The notes beneath the pieces were generated by a model, which made no database searches, had not been told where the DNA came from, and worked only from the letters and a program-made list of their open reading frames with translations. This document shows positions 1 through 14,187 of a stretch of DNA of 64,000 bases, one piece after another (the first letter of the stretch is position 1; every line of letters begins with the position of its first letter). The translations under genes and the position numbers were made by a program. This DNA comes from an uncultured Alphaproteobacteria bacterium (GTDB taxonomy: Bacteria; Pseudomonadota; Alphaproteobacteria; Rhodobacterales; Rhodobacteraceae): assembly GCA_963721175.1 (NCBI GenBank), contig CAVRIG010000011.1:92272-156271 (forward strand), written 5' to 3'.

Positions 1-359
1 CCTTCGCGCAGATGCGCAAGCAGGGCGGGGGACGGATCATCAACAACGGATCGATTTCCGCCCACGTCCCGCGTGAGAACGCGGTGACTTACACCACGAC
101 CAAGCACGCGATCACCGGGCTGACCCGGCAGCTCAGCCTCGACGGGCGCGACCTCGACATCTGCTGCGGCCAGATCGACATCGGCAACGCCGAATCCGAA
201 ATGGTGGCCCGGATGAAGGCGCAGGTTCCCGATCTTCCGACGATGGCGGTGGAGGATGTGTCGCGGTCGGTGATGCACATGGCCTCGCTGCCGCTCGACA
301 CCAACGTGCTGACGATGACGGTGATGGCGAACCGGATGCCGTATGTCGGGCGCGGCTGA
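1..359 (+). CDS. SDR-family oxidoreductase, 3' part (5' end outside window)
   Basis: [11 protein letters not shown] and YTTTK (YxxxK) SDR motifs. Confidence 0.85.
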   Translation, partial: FAQMRKQGGGRIINNGSISAHVPRENAVTYTTTKHAITGLTRQLSLDGRDLDICCGQIDIGNAESEMVARMKAQVPDLPTMAVEDVSRSVMHMASLPLDTNVLTMTVMANRMPYVGRG

Positions 360-365
360 GGCCGG

Positions 366-947
366 TCAGGTATCGCCCACCGCTTCGCGCCAGTGTCTGC
401 GGCAGAGCGATTGATATGTCTCGTTGCCGCCGATCTGCACCTGCGCTCCGGCCCGCTGCGCGTTGCCGTCCGCATCGCGCCGGACGACCATCGTGGCCTT
501 CCGGCCGCAATGGCAGATCGTGCGCACCTCGCGCAATTCGTCCGCCAGCGCCAGCAGCGTGGCCGAGCCGGGAAAAAGCTCGCCCCGGAAATCGACGCGC
601 AGGCCATAGCACATGACCGGGATGTTCAGATCGTCCACCGCCCGTGCGAGTTGCCAGACCTGCGCCGGCGTCAGGAACTGCGCCTCGTCCACGAAGACGC
701 AGGCGACCGGACCCGTGTCGAGGCGTGCGCGGACCTTGGCCATCATGTCGGAGTCGCTCTCGAAGGTATCCGCGGGCTGGCCGATCCCGATCCGCGACGC
801 GATCCGCGCTTCTCCTGCGCGGTCATCCACACGCGCGGTCAGGAGATAGGGCACCATGCCCATTTCGCGGTAATTGTGCGCCGCCTGCAGGAGCACGGTC
901 GACTTGCCCGCGTTCATTGTGGAGTAGTTGAAGTGAAGCTTCGCCAT
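366..947 (-). CDS. tdk: thymidine kinase
   Basis: YSTMNAGKST P-loop, VDEAQFL, CYGLRVDF, CHCGRKA, YQSLCRRHW. Confidence 0.95.
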   Translation of the reverse strand: MAKLHFNYSTMNAGKSTVLLQAAHNYREMGMVPYLLTARVDDRAGEARIASRIGIGQPADTFESDSDMMAKVRARLDTGPVACVFVDEAQFLTPAQVWQLARAVDDLNIPVMCYGLRVDFRGELFPGSATLLALADELREVRTICHCGRKATMVVRRDADGNAQRAGAQVQIGGNETYQSLCRRHWREAVGDT

Positions 948-1010
948 GGCGCGCATCTAGCGCGAGCCGGTGCATGGCCTCAAGTTGGAAACGGTGGGCG
1001 GGCGTGGCGC

Positions 1011-2135
1011 TCAGACGTGCCGCTCGACCAGGACCGACCCCACCGAATATCCCGCGCCGAACGAGCAGATCAGGCCATGATCGCCGTCCGCCAGATCGTC
1101 GGAATACTTGGAAAACGCGATGATCGACCCGGCGGAGGATGTGTTGGCATAATCCTGCAGGATGTTCGGTTGCTCCGACCGTTCGGGCACGCGGCCCATC
1201 ACCTTGCGGCCGATGAAGTCGTTCATCGACTTGTTGGCCTGGTGCAACCAGAGACGCTTGAGATCCTGTGCGTCGATGCCCTCGGCCGCCATGTGGTCGG
1301 CGATGTGCTGCGCCACCAGCGGCAGCACCTCCTTGAAGACCTTGCGCCCCTCCTGCATGAACTGCATGTCGCGCCGGTCGGCCAGCCCATCGGGCCGCGT
1401 GCGGCGGAGAAAGCCGTTGTTGTTGCGGATGTTGTTGGAAAAGACCGTGGCGCAGCGCGTTGATTTGACTTCGAAATGCGGCCCCTTGGCGGCCTCGGCA
1501 CGCTCCACCAGTGTGGCGGTGGCCACGTCCCCGAAGATGAAGTGGCAATCGCGGTCGCGCCATTCCAGGTGGCCCGAGCAGATCTCCGGATTGACGATCA
1601 GCGCGGAGCGGATGGAGCCGGCGCGGATCATGTCGCAGGCGGCCTGCAGCCCGAACGTGGCGGAAGAGCAGGCGACGTTCATGTCAAAGGCAAAACCCTG
1701 GATCCCCAGAATATCCTGGATCTCGATCGCGATCGCGGGATAGGGGCGCTCGTGGTTCGAGGCCGCACAGATGACGGCGTCGACGTCCGTAGCGTCGCGC
1801 CCGGCCTGTGCCAATGCCTTGCGCGCGGCGTCCACCCCCATTTCGGCCATCACCCCCGGCTCGTCGTCGCTACGCTGCCGCAGCCGCGGGTGCATCACGT
1901 CCGGATCCAGAACGCCCGATTTGTCGAGAACATAGCGTCTTTCGATTCCGGAGGCCTTGAGGATGAACTCCTCCGACGAATGGTCCATCGGCAGGACCTC
2001 TCCGGCCGTGATCTTGTCCGCGTTTTGTGCGTTCCACCGGTCCGCATAGGCATTGAAGACATCCACCAGTTCGGCGTTGGAAATGCTGAGTTCCGGCGTG
2101 AAGACACCCGATCCGGTGATGGCTGGAACGTGCAT
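1011..2135 (-). CDS. beta-ketoacyl-ACP synthase III (FabH-like)
   Basis: DMNVACSS catalytic Cys, LHQAN, YANTSSAG, SFGAGYS; ATG at 2135 with GAGGGAGG RBS. Confidence 0.9.
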   Translation of the reverse strand: MHVPAITGSGVFTPELSISNAELVDVFNAYADRWNAQNADKITAGEVLPMDHSSEEFILKASGIERRYVLDKSGVLDPDVMHPRLRQRSDDEPGVMAEMGVDAARKALAQAGRDATDVDAVICAASNHERPYPAIAIEIQDILGIQGFAFDMNVACSSATFGLQAACDMIRAGSIRSALIVNPEICSGHLEWRDRDCHFIFGDVATATLVERAEAAKGPHFEVKSTRCATVFSNNIRNNNGFLRRTRPDGLADRRDMQFMQEGRKVFKEVLPLVAQHIADHMAAEGIDAQDLKRLWLHQANKSMNDFIGRKVMGRVPERSEQPNILQDYANTSSAGSIIAFSKYSDDLADGDHGLICSFGAGYSVGSVLVERHV

Positions 2136-2345
2136 GATACCTCCCTCGTCGTGGCCGGTGTTTTCGCCGGAAACCGACCTGATGGTCAAGCTATTGCAAC
2201 GTTGCAATCCGTGCGAAGGTAGCCGGACCGTTGCAAGCCCAGCCCTGCAAGCGTGGACTGAAGACCTCACGTTGCACAATTCGACGTTGCTGCGGTTACC
2301 CGCCCCCTCTTCGCTTGCGCCCGCGATCAGGTGGCGCCGGCAATC

Positions 2346-2633
2346 CTACCGGCGGGGTACGGAGTAAAGGACATATCCGTCCCTGCGCGCGACTTCCCGG
2401 GCGTTGAAGTCGATCACGAAGACGCCGAGATTCTCGAGATCTTCAGGGCAGGCCACGAGGTCGGCGCTGTCGTCGAGGAACTGGTTGGTGAAGGCGTTCT
2501 CCCCGACGCGCATGCAGGCATCGCCCTTGAACCGGTAGCCCGACCCGAAGAGCGGCAGCGGCTCGACCGGTTCCGGCGGCGGGGCGCAGGCGACGAGGAG
2601 GGATATCAGTGTGAGAGCGATGAGACGGCGCAT
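2346..2633 (-). CDS. small hypothetical lipoprotein
   Basis: MRRLIALTLISLLVAC lipobox; GAGGA RBS upstream. Confidence 0.7.
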   Translation of the reverse strand: MRRLIALTLISLLVACAPPPEPVEPLPLFGSGYRFKGDACMRVGENAFTNQFLDDSADLVACPEDLENLGVFVIDFNAREVARRDGYVLYSVPRR

Positions 2634-2734
2634 GGCGTGGTCCTCAAGGAGTTTCGTTACCATAACACAGGTTCGCGCGATCGCGTGAGCCCCCGGGCGA
2701 TGGTCGGCGACCATTGCCACTCAAGGCCGACTGG

Positions 2735-2983
2735 TCAGTGCAGGCGCGCCCGGACGATGTAGGCCTCTACGCTCAACTCCCCCAGCGCCCGCAGCGCTTC
2801 GAGACGGTGCAACCCCTCGACGAGGATGTAGCCCTCTCCATCCTTGCGGATCTGCACCGGCGTGGTCTGCCCGTTCTCGATCATGTCCTCGGCGATGGCC
2901 TGAACCTTGCCTGCATCCAGCGTCTTGCCGCGTTTCAGGGGCACACGGATGCTGTCGATGGCGATGCTGCGTTTTTCCAACAT
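2735..2983 (-). CDS. stand-alone ParB/Srx N-terminal domain protein
   Basis: IAEDMIENGQTTPVQIR...LVEGLHRLEALRALG motif. Confidence 0.8.
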   Translation of the reverse strand: MLEKRSIAIDSIRVPLKRGKTLDAGKVQAIAEDMIENGQTTPVQIRKDGEGYILVEGLHRLEALRALGELSVEAYIVRARLH

Positions 2984-3180
2984 GGGGCGGAGCATGGACC
3001 TCCGCGCGCTCAGAGGCCAGAGTTTGTTTGGGCCAATGGAGCAGGTAGTCACTGCAATTTTGGCAGACGTCGCGGCAAGGTCCCGCGTGCCGTGCGCCGG
3101 GCGCTACGTGCAAAATCCCGATGAAGCCCGGGGCGTTGGTTGTTTTCAAAGGCAGAAATTGATCCGAAGACCTTTGACCT

Positions 3181-3850
3181 GCTCTAATAATCTCTGTCAA
3201 GCCTTTGTTTAAAAGCCATTATCCGGCGGGCCGGGCTTGGCGTGATGTGGACGCGCAAGATAGGAGACGGAACTGAGACGACGGTGGAGCAAGCTCTCAT
3301 GCGCGGGTTGGTTACCGCATGACCGTGGTTTCGTCCTGGGGCTGCCTCGTTCTAAAAGGCGAGCGTCGACCGTGTCGGCTCATGACAGGCCACGAGGGTT
3401 CCCCACCGCGTTCCGTCCCCAACCTTGCGCATCGGCTTGATCGGGGCGTTTCTTGTCTTCTCGGCCCTGAACGCGCTGCTCTCGGGCAGGAGCGGTCGTC
3501 ACCGGCCGGGCGATAGCCCAGATGAAGCCGACCATCTCGCGCGCAATCGCCGTGATGACAGCCACCTTCGCCTTGCCGGCCGCGACCGGATGGCGGTAGC
3601 GCTGGCACATCCGCAACTGTCCTTTCCAGGCGATGTCACGCACGGTCTTGGGCAAGTTCTCGATCCTGTCGTGACGCTTTCGGCTGACGCGCGCCTCCAT
3701 CCGGTAGCTCCACGCGCCCTCGATCAGGGCGCGTCGGGCAAGTCCGCTGCCGGCCGTCGTGATCCCGCCGCGACGCACAGTATTGCCGCTGGAGTGCTCG
3801 GATGGGGTAAGCCCGCGATAGGCCATCAGCTGGCGCGGGGCGCCAGCCAA
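3181..3850 (-). mobile_element. IS110-family remnant: C-terminal transposase fragment, 3' non-coding region and probable right end
   Basis: QLMAYRGLTPSEHSSG...GGIT...RRALIEGAW...AIARE Tnp20-type motifs; no N-terminal DEDD domain; outward-facing TTGACA at 3195-3200. Confidence 0.85.
3245..3425 (-). ncRNA. candidate IS110 bridge/seek RNA (structured 3' non-coding region)
   Basis: Segment GGGGAACCCTCG...GAGGCAGCCCCAGGACG...GGTAACCAACCCGCG directly downstream of the IS110 transposase core; boundaries approximate. Confidence 0.5.
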
Positions 3851-3926
3851 TCTGGCGCAGCCTTCGAACGAAGAATGCCGCGGGAGAGACCGCCCACCCA
3901 GTCAGCTCACTCCGCGATCATGGGGT

Positions 3927-4550
3927 CTAAAAGTCCTTCCGGAGGCCCAGAACCACGGCATTCGAGCCACCTTCCGGTTCCAAGGTACCCCATGCATCGG
4001 ATCGGTGGTGGATGCGGACGAACCAACTCGTTTCAGGTGAAGGCGTGTCAAATTCGGCTTCGAGCATCCAGTAGAAAAGGTCTTTCCGTGAACCGCCTCG
4101 CGTTTCGACCTCGACCTCCGACACTTCGGTCGTATGAGACATTCCCAGCCCAAAGGAAAAGCTCTCGATCTGCGCAAGCCAGGGATCTTCCGGCCGGTAG
4201 CGGATCGTCACGGGAAGACCGATTTCACCGTATTCTTGCCTGCCGAAATGATATGAAAACTGTAGTTCAAACCCCACCGACCATTTGCTGCCGTAAAAAG
4301 GCCGGTCATATGCCAGCGCGTACCCGATCAGATTATTGTCGGCATAGTCAAATGACGTGAACAACTCGTCTGCCCTGTTTCTGGTCATCAGGCCGCCGTA
4401 GACAACATTGGACCAGCTTTCGTTGCCCGCTGCCGCAGATTGAGCAAACGCCCCGCCGGGAAGGCAAAGAACTGCAATTCTTAGCAGTGAGACAGGGACG
4501 CTGCGGTGCCATGGTTCGGAATGCCGGCGCAAAATTTTTTTCATTCTCAA
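3927..4550 (-). CDS. outer-membrane beta-barrel, PagL/acyloxyacyl-hydrolase-like
   Basis: Signal peptide, amphipathic strands, RIHHRS motif, C-terminal Phe; lower GC than flanks. Confidence 0.6.
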   Translation of the reverse strand: MRMKKILRRHSEPWHRSVPVSLLRIAVLCLPGGAFAQSAAAGNESWSNVVYGGLMTRNRADELFTSFDYADNNLIGYALAYDRPFYGSKWSVGFELQFSYHFGRQEYGEIGLPVTIRYRPEDPWLAQIESFSFGLGMSHTTEVSEVEVETRGGSRKDLFYWMLEAEFDTPSPETSWFVRIHHRSDAWGTLEPEGGSNAVVLGLRKDF

Positions 4551-4964
4551 CTTGAGCTTGTTTCACGACATGCGAATTCAGCAACTCTGAAGCCAGTGCA
4601 GTGCGAGGATAGCAGCGATCGAAGCAGGTCACATCCAAAGAATACTGCAAAACTCGTATCAGCCACGTAGTCTTGACGCGCGTTTGTCCAATCCTTCGGC
4701 GCATTGACGCCGACAGTCCCCTTTGCCTCTGCCTTGGTCGCTAAGGCGGCGGCGTGGCTGCCGGCGATGGTAGTGCATTAGGTAACCTTTTCATGGAGCA
4801 AGGGGGAGAGCAAGGGGGAGCGGATGCATCGGGTGTATTGACCGCTCGGGCGCCGTCGCCGGGATAGCCACTTGCATTCCTACTGCCTCATAGGGCTCTG
4901 GACTGTTCGGCGAGCTTCGCAATCCCTCAGGCTTCCTGATCCTCGGGACTTCCACCCCCGCCCC

Positions 4965-6492
4965 TCAAAGCGCGTTCATGAAGGTCAGGTGCTGCTCGAT
5001 CACCGTTGCCGTGGGCGCGCCGGAGCTGGCGACCTGCTGACAGTAGAGACCGCTCAGCCATGCCACGCGGTTCGCGTTGGCCGTATCGGGGTTGGCCTCG
5101 GCGAACTCTTCGCCCAGTGTCGCCACGGCCTCGGGGTCCAGCTCGCGCGCCGATGCGAGGTCCTGGATGCGACGGCGGAAGCTGTCGCCCACCGCATCTT
5201 CGGGCACATTCCCGCAGGACGCGGCCGCGGAGGCGAGCTCGGCCGTTTCCGTCACCGCCCGCAGGCCGGAGACGCGTCCCTCCGTGGCGTTGGTCGGCGC
5301 GTCGTTACCCCAGCTCTGCCGGACATAGTTGGTCACGTCCGCGATCTCCTGATCGGACAGGACCTCGCGGAAGCTGGGCATCACGCCGTATTCCGCATAG
5401 GGTCCGGTGCCGGGGCCGATCCCCTGCAGAAGTGTCGCGATGATGTTGTTGGGCGACGCGGCCTCCACTGCGCCCCCGTTCACCAGGGAGGAAGCAACGC
5501 CTTCGCGCCCCGTCCCATCCTCCTGATGGCAGGTCTTGCAGTGGATCGCGTACACGCTTGCGCCCCGTTCCATCGACTCCCGAGTCGATTTCCGCGACGG
5601 TCTGCTCGACCGGCGCCTCGCTGTCGCCCAGAGACTTGATGTAGGTGGCGATCGCGCGCACATCGTCCTCGCGCAGGGAAGACAGATCCGAGGTCACCTG
5701 CCGCATGTCGGACAAGGCGACGTGGTTGTTCTCCCCATTTCCGTGCAGGAACGCGGTCAATTCCTCGACCGACCGGTCGCCGATCACGGAACCAGGTCCG
5801 CCGGAAATGTCGGGCGCGTAGTAACTGCCCAGCTGCCGTCCTTGCAGGAACTGGTCTTTCTTCGGTCCCCCGAGCGCATCGCGTGGCGTATGACAGGATC
5901 CGCAATGTGCCATCGCCTGCACCAGGTAGGCGCCGCGGTTCCAGGTGTCGGATTCCTCGGGGTCGGGCTCGAACCGTCCCTCCTCGAAATAGAGCCCCTG
6001 CCACACGTTGACGCTGGCGCGGATGCTGTACGGGAAGGGCAGGCGATTGACGTCGACCTCGTTGCGGACCGGCTCCAGCGACTGGATGTAGTCCCAGAGA
6101 AGCCCGAGATCCTCATCCGTCATCTTCGTATAGTGCATGTAGGGCATCGCGGGATAGAGCGGTTCGCCTTCGCGGTTGTGACCCTGGCGCAGGGCCCGGT
6201 CGAAATCTGCGAGGGTCCAGCCACCGATCCCCGTCTCCGGATCCGGCGTGATGTTGGCCGATGCGAGATTGCCGAAGGGAGTCTCGATGACCTTGCCGCC
6301 CGCGTAGTCCCCGGCCTCGCCGGAATGGCATGCGCGGCACCCGGCCGCCCTTGCCACGTATGCGCCACGGGTCTGGGGCTGCTCAGCCATCGTGTCGGGC
6401 GCCGTCGTGTCTTCGGTGTCGGCCAACGCCTGTCCCGTGACGAAGAGAGCGAGAACCGCCGTTCCCACCGCCGCGATGCTTCGAACACTCAT
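4965..6492 (-). CDS. tri-heme cytochrome c (membrane dehydrogenase cytochrome-subunit type); frameshift near 5580
   Basis: Signal peptide; CRACH, CGSCH, CKTCH; [11 protein letters not shown] and LYPAMPY motifs; split over ORFs 5305-6573 and 4965-5663. Confidence 0.85.
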
Positions 6493-6646
6493 CGATTTCC
6501 TCCAGAAAATTGCATTTCGGGAAGAAACCTGTCTGATGCGTCCTGGTTCCGGAAATCGCGACACCCTCTGCAACCCGGTGCCGACCGTCCTGCGTAGGGT
6601 TCCTTTCCGTTACCCGTCGCCAGATGGGCGGTTGCAGGGGCTGAGG

Positions 6647-10004
<3,358 letters not shown>

Positions 10005-10268
10005 GGGTCCCCTCGTCATACGCGTGCGCTGCCGCCGCTGCGCAAATTGCTGCGGGTTATAGAGGAGGCGGACAGGGGCGCAAGTGGTCGTGGCTTGCCT
10101 GTCTGTGACACGTGTCACAGCGCTCGGGTCCGGTATTCCTCCATCGACGTCATCGCGTCCCGCCCGCATCCTGATCCTGTTTTTTACGGTTCGGTTCCAG
10201 TTCCCTTGGTTCGACTGCCACGCACCCCGGACATTTCGCGTGGCTGGCTCTTGGCGGGATGCATTTCG

Positions 10269-11255
10269 ATGACGCAGGACATTTGTGCCAGCACGACAGG
10301 GCAGGTGGCATTCAGGCCGTATCTGCTCGCCGTGCTGGCACCCTTGCTCTGGGCCGGAAATTTCGCGGTGGGCCATGCCGTCTCCGACATCGATCCGGTG
10401 GTTCTCAATCTGGTTCGATGGGCGATTGCGGGTCTGGCGCTCCTGCCGCTGCTGGTTTGGCACCGGCGCCGGGTGCGGTGCGTGCTGGGCACGCATTTCT
10501 TCGCGTTACTGATGCTGTCGCTGCTGGGGATCGTGGGATGCAACATCTTCGTATATGCGGGTCTCGCGCGACTTCCGGCCGCGCAAGCCGGCGTGGTCTT
10601 CGGCCTTACTCCCATCCTGACGCTCGTCGTGTCGCGCCTGTGGAGCGGGCGGGCGGTGCCGCGCGGCGTGGGTCTGGGCGACCTGCTGGCCTATCTGGGC
10701 GTTATCGCCCTCTTCGTCACCGACCTGCACACGGCAGGTTTTGACCCGCTGGGCGTCTGGCTCGTGCTGGCCGGTGCGACATGTTTCGCCGTCTACACCG
10801 TGGCCGTTCAGCGCTTCGCCGTGCCGCTGCGCGAGGATCTGTGCCTCGGTGTCGAGATCTGGATCGGTCTGGCCATCATGGGGTCGGTGGTTCCGCTGCT
10901 GGGACTGGACTGGTCATCGTCGCTGAGCGGGCCAGGCCGCATCGCGGGAGTGATCTATCTTGGCCTTGGCGCATCCGTGGTGGCCTATGCCGCGTGGCAG
11001 GCGGCCGTGCGGGGCATCGGTGCGCAACGCACGAGCGTGTTCGGTCAACTGGTGCCGGTCTTCGGTGTTTTGATGGCCGCAATCTTGCAGGCAGACATGC
11101 TCACGCACGTCAAGCTGGCCGGAATCTGCTGCGTTCTGGCGGGAATCTGTCTGGCCCAGTTGCGGTGCAGGGACGCCGTGGCGCCCCCTGCACCGGGCTT
11201 CGCGGCCCGGAGGAGCCCGAGCCGTCCTCTGGCCTGGTCCGACCTTCGGCAGTGA
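10269..11255 (+). CDS. DMT/EamA family transporter
   Basis: About 10 TM helices, LLWAGNF and [14 protein letters not shown] repeats. Confidence 0.85.
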   Translation: MTQDICASTTGQVAFRPYLLAVLAPLLWAGNFAVGHAVSDIDPVVLNLVRWAIAGLALLPLLVWHRRRVRCVLGTHFFALLMLSLLGIVGCNIFVYAGLARLPAAQAGVVFGLTPILTLVVSRLWSGRAVPRGVGLGDLLAYLGVIALFVTDLHTAGFDPLGVWLVLAGATCFAVYTVAVQRFAVPLREDLCLGVEIWIGLAIMGSVVPLLGLDWSSSLSGPGRIAGVIYLGLGASVVAYAAWQAAVRGIGAQRTSVFGQLVPVFGVLMAAILQADMLTHVKLAGICCVLAGICLAQLRCRDAVAPPAPGFAARRSPSRPLAWSDLRQ

Positions 11256-11390
11256 GACAGGGGGGCAGGAGGTCCCTAACCGTTGCAGCGATGTCGGACG
11301 GGCCCGGGCGCTTGACCCGTACCCTTGTTCCGAAACTCTGAACGAATCCCGCCGGTCCGCGTTGAGGCTCTGGGTGAAGGAGGAGGTCCG

Positions 11391-12026
11391 ATGTGTGACG
11401 AAACTGCAGTTCCGATGATCAGGGAGGAGCCTGATCTGATGCTCGCGCTGGGCTGGTACGCGATCATCGGATGCGCCATCTTCGTCATCACGGTCGTGAT
11501 CGCGGATTTCGTCGTGCCCGATCACGACTGGATCGCGGACACGATCAGCGACCTTGGCGCCGGCCGATACGAGTTCATCGTCGATGTCGGCCTTTATGCC
11601 TTCTCCGCCGCGCTCGTTTCCATCGCTCTGCTGGCCATGCACATCCATCTGGGGGGATGGGGCTGGAGCCTCGGCGGTGTCGGGTTCGCTCTCCTCGGGC
11701 TCATCGTCTTCCTGGTTGGTGCCCGCAACGAATACGGGGACGCCGATTCCGAGGGCGTGGTGATCCATATCTACCTGGTCTATGCGATCGGCGTGCTGAT
11801 GGCGGCCATCCCCTGGCTCATGGCGCGGGGTGCAGGTCGGGCGGGGCGAAACTACCGCCGGGTCCTGATCGCCGTTTCCCTGATCTGGATCGTGTCCGCA
11901 CCGATTTTCTTCTTCCTGCCCACCGACATCGACGGGCTCTATGAACGTTACCTTGGACTGCTGGTCATCGTAGCGGTGATAACGCTGGCCCGGCTCTTCA
12001 TCCGGCGCGGTCAGAAACAGCGTTAA
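11391..12026 (+). CDS. DUF998-like membrane protein
   Basis: DWIADTISDLGAG and GLYER motifs, 5-6 TM helices; GGAGGAGG RBS. Confidence 0.75.
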   Translation: MCDETAVPMIREEPDLMLALGWYAIIGCAIFVITVVIADFVVPDHDWIADTISDLGAGRYEFIVDVGLYAFSAALVSIALLAMHIHLGGWGWSLGGVGFALLGLIVFLVGARNEYGDADSEGVVIHIYLVYAIGVLMAAIPWLMARGAGRAGRNYRRVLIAVSLIWIVSAPIFFFLPTDIDGLYERYLGLLVIVAVITLARLFIRRGQKQR

Positions 12027-12077
12027 CCGCACGCGCCTCCGGCTCGGGCGCGCGAGGCATTTTCTGACGGGCGAAAC

Positions 12078-13307
12078 TTATTCCGCGGCCTGCTGTTGCG
12101 CCAGGTCGTGCCGGGAATAGAGGTAATCGCGCGACAGCGGCACCGCGTCCCGCGTCTTGGCCAGTTGAAGCTGGTAGACGAGTTGATGCTGGTCCTCGAA
12201 GCTGATGATGCAGGCTGTCAGATAATACCGAAACATGCGGATGAAGGTTTCGTCGTACATCGCCCGAAGCTTTTGCTCGGCTGCGTTGAAGCGGTCGCGC
12301 CAGGCCCGCAGCGTCTTTGCGTAGTGGAGCCGCCAGATCTCGATGTCGGACTGCCAGAGGCCCGAATTCTCCATCGCAGGGGCGATCTCCGACAGCGACG
12401 GCACGTAGCCGCCGGGAAAGATGTACTTGTTGATCCACGACGAATGCGACATCGGCGGCGCGGACCGGCCGATCGTATGGATCAACGCGATCCCGTTGGG
12501 TGCCAGCAGTTCGTTCACCTTGGCGAAATAGGTCTCGTAGTTCGGCACGCCCACATGCTCGAACATCCCGACCGACACGATCCGGTCATAGGGTCCGTCG
12601 ATGTGCCGGTAATCCTGCAGCAGGAACTGCACGCGATCGGAGAGCCCGGCCTCCGCCGCGCGCCGCGTCGCCGTGGCCTGCTGATTTTCCGACAGCGTGA
12701 CCCCGGTGACCCGCACGCCGTAGTCGCGCGCCAGAGTCAGCGCCATGCCGCCCCAGCCGCAGCCGATGTCGAGCACGTGCATGTCGGGCTCCAGCAGGAG
12801 CTTGTGGGCGATGTGGTGCTTCTTGGCCTCCTGCGCCTCGTCCAGAGTCATGTCGTCGTGCGGGAAGTAGCCGCAACTGTACTGCATGTCCCGGTCGAGG
12901 AAGAGCCGATAGAGATCGTCGGACAGATCGTAATGATGCGCCACGTGGCGCCGCGCGGCCGATGGCGCGTTGTGCTGGATGAAGCGCCGCGTGTTGTACA
13001 TCACTCGGTCCAGGGCGCGGACCCAGAGAGGCATGCGGCCGACCTCCCGGTTCTGGACGAGGAACTTCATCAGGTCTTCCAGCCGGTCGGCCTCCACCGT
13101 GATCCGGCCGCTCATGTACCCCTCGCCCAGCCCCAGTTCCGGGTTGCGGACAAGTGCCCGCAGCGTCGCCTCGTCGTGAATTTCGAGTCGCGGCGCCGTC
13201 CTCGGCCCGTGCCCGTAGGTCCGGCATACGCCGTCCGGGTATCGGATCGTCAATTCGCCGCATTGAACAAGACCGCGCAGAAGGCGGTCGAAAAGCGTTT
13301 TCCACAT
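12078..13307 (-). CDS. cfa: cyclopropane-fatty-acyl-phospholipid synthase family methyltransferase
   Basis: HYDLS, YSCGY, LDIGCGWG, SVGMFEHVG, YIFPGG. Confidence 0.92.
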   Translation of the reverse strand: MWKTLFDRLLRGLVQCGELTIRYPDGVCRTYGHGPRTAPRLEIHDEATLRALVRNPELGLGEGYMSGRITVEADRLEDLMKFLVQNREVGRMPLWVRALDRVMYNTRRFIQHNAPSAARRHVAHHYDLSDDLYRLFLDRDMQYSCGYFPHDDMTLDEAQEAKKHHIAHKLLLEPDMHVLDIGCGWGGMALTLARDYGVRVTGVTLSENQQATATRRAAEAGLSDRVQFLLQDYRHIDGPYDRIVSVGMFEHVGVPNYETYFAKVNELLAPNGIALIHTIGRSAPPMSHSSWINKYIFPGGYVPSLSEIAPAMENSGLWQSDIEIWRLHYAKTLRAWRDRFNAAEQKLRAMYDETFIRMFRYYLTACIISFEDQHQLVYQLQLAKTRDAVPLSRDYLYSRHDLAQQQAAE

Positions 13308-13367
13308 CGCCAGTCACCCCCACCGGTTAATTCGCCACAACCCTGACAATGCGTCAAGATCCCTGAT

Positions 13368-14132
13368 TCAACCTTTCGCGGATAGGTATGTTCCCGCCAC
13401 TGCGAGGAATTCGCCGGGTTTTTCCGCGTGGAGCCAGTGCCCGGCGTCGGGGATCTTGGCGAAACGCGCGGCGGGGAAAAGTGATTTGATCCTGTCCCGA
13501 TACTCGCGCCGGACGTAATCGGATCTTCCGCCGGAGAGGAAAAGCACGGGCCCTTCGAATGTCGCATCGATGTCGGGAAATGAGAGGATCTTCGGCATCT
13601 CGGCCTCGAGCACATCGAGGTTAAGGAGCCAGCGCTTGCCCTTCACGTCGAGCGACTGGGTGAAGAAGCCCTGCAGTTCCGGCTCGACGCCGTGCCGCCC
13701 GAGCTCTTCCGCGGCCTCGGATCTCCGGGTGACGGCGGAGAGGTCGACGGCGCGCATCGCGTCGATGAACTCCTGCTGCGTGTGGGAGTAGGCGATGGGC
13801 GCGATGTCGGCGACGATGAGGCGATGCACCAGGTCAGGCCGGGTCAACGCCAGCATCATCGCGGCCTTGCCGCCCATGGAATGGCCGATCATGTCCATCC
13901 GTGCACCGTGCGCGTCTATGACCTCCGCGAGGTCCGCGGCGAGGTCGTCATAGCCGTGCGTGTCGGCCCAGGGGCTCTCGCCATGATTGCGCATGTCGAC
14001 GGTCAGCACGGGACGGGTCTCGGCAAGCTTGCGCGCGATGGCACCCCAGTTGCGGCCCGAGCCGAAGAGGCCGTGGACGATGAGGCAGGGGGTGCGGCCG
14101 GCGGGGCCGTCGAATTCCTGGGTTGCGAGCAT
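13368..14132 (-). CDS. alpha/beta hydrolase (YbfF-like esterase)
   Basis: HGLFGS, DMRNHG, GHSMGGK, GHWLHAE. Confidence 0.9.
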   Translation of the reverse strand: MLATQEFDGPAGRTPCLIVHGLFGSGRNWGAIARKLAETRPVLTVDMRNHGESPWADTHGYDDLAADLAEVIDAHGARMDMIGHSMGGKAAMMLALTRPDLVHRLIVADIAPIAYSHTQQEFIDAMRAVDLSAVTRRSEAAEELGRHGVEPELQGFFTQSLDVKGKRWLLNLDVLEAEMPKILSFPDIDATFEGPVLFLSGGRSDYVRREYRDRIKSLFPAARFAKIPDAGHWLHAEKPGEFLAVAGTYLSAKG

Positions 14133-14187
14133 GGAACCAGCCATAGCCGCTTGGCATCGGGGTGGCCAGAGGGGTATGGATCGGGCA

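Noticed and set aside
4796-4821. Short tandem duplications (GAGCAAGGGGGA x2; also GGAGTCTCG x2 near 53854)
   Set aside because: Two units only with no spacers; not CRISPR or a convincing VNTR
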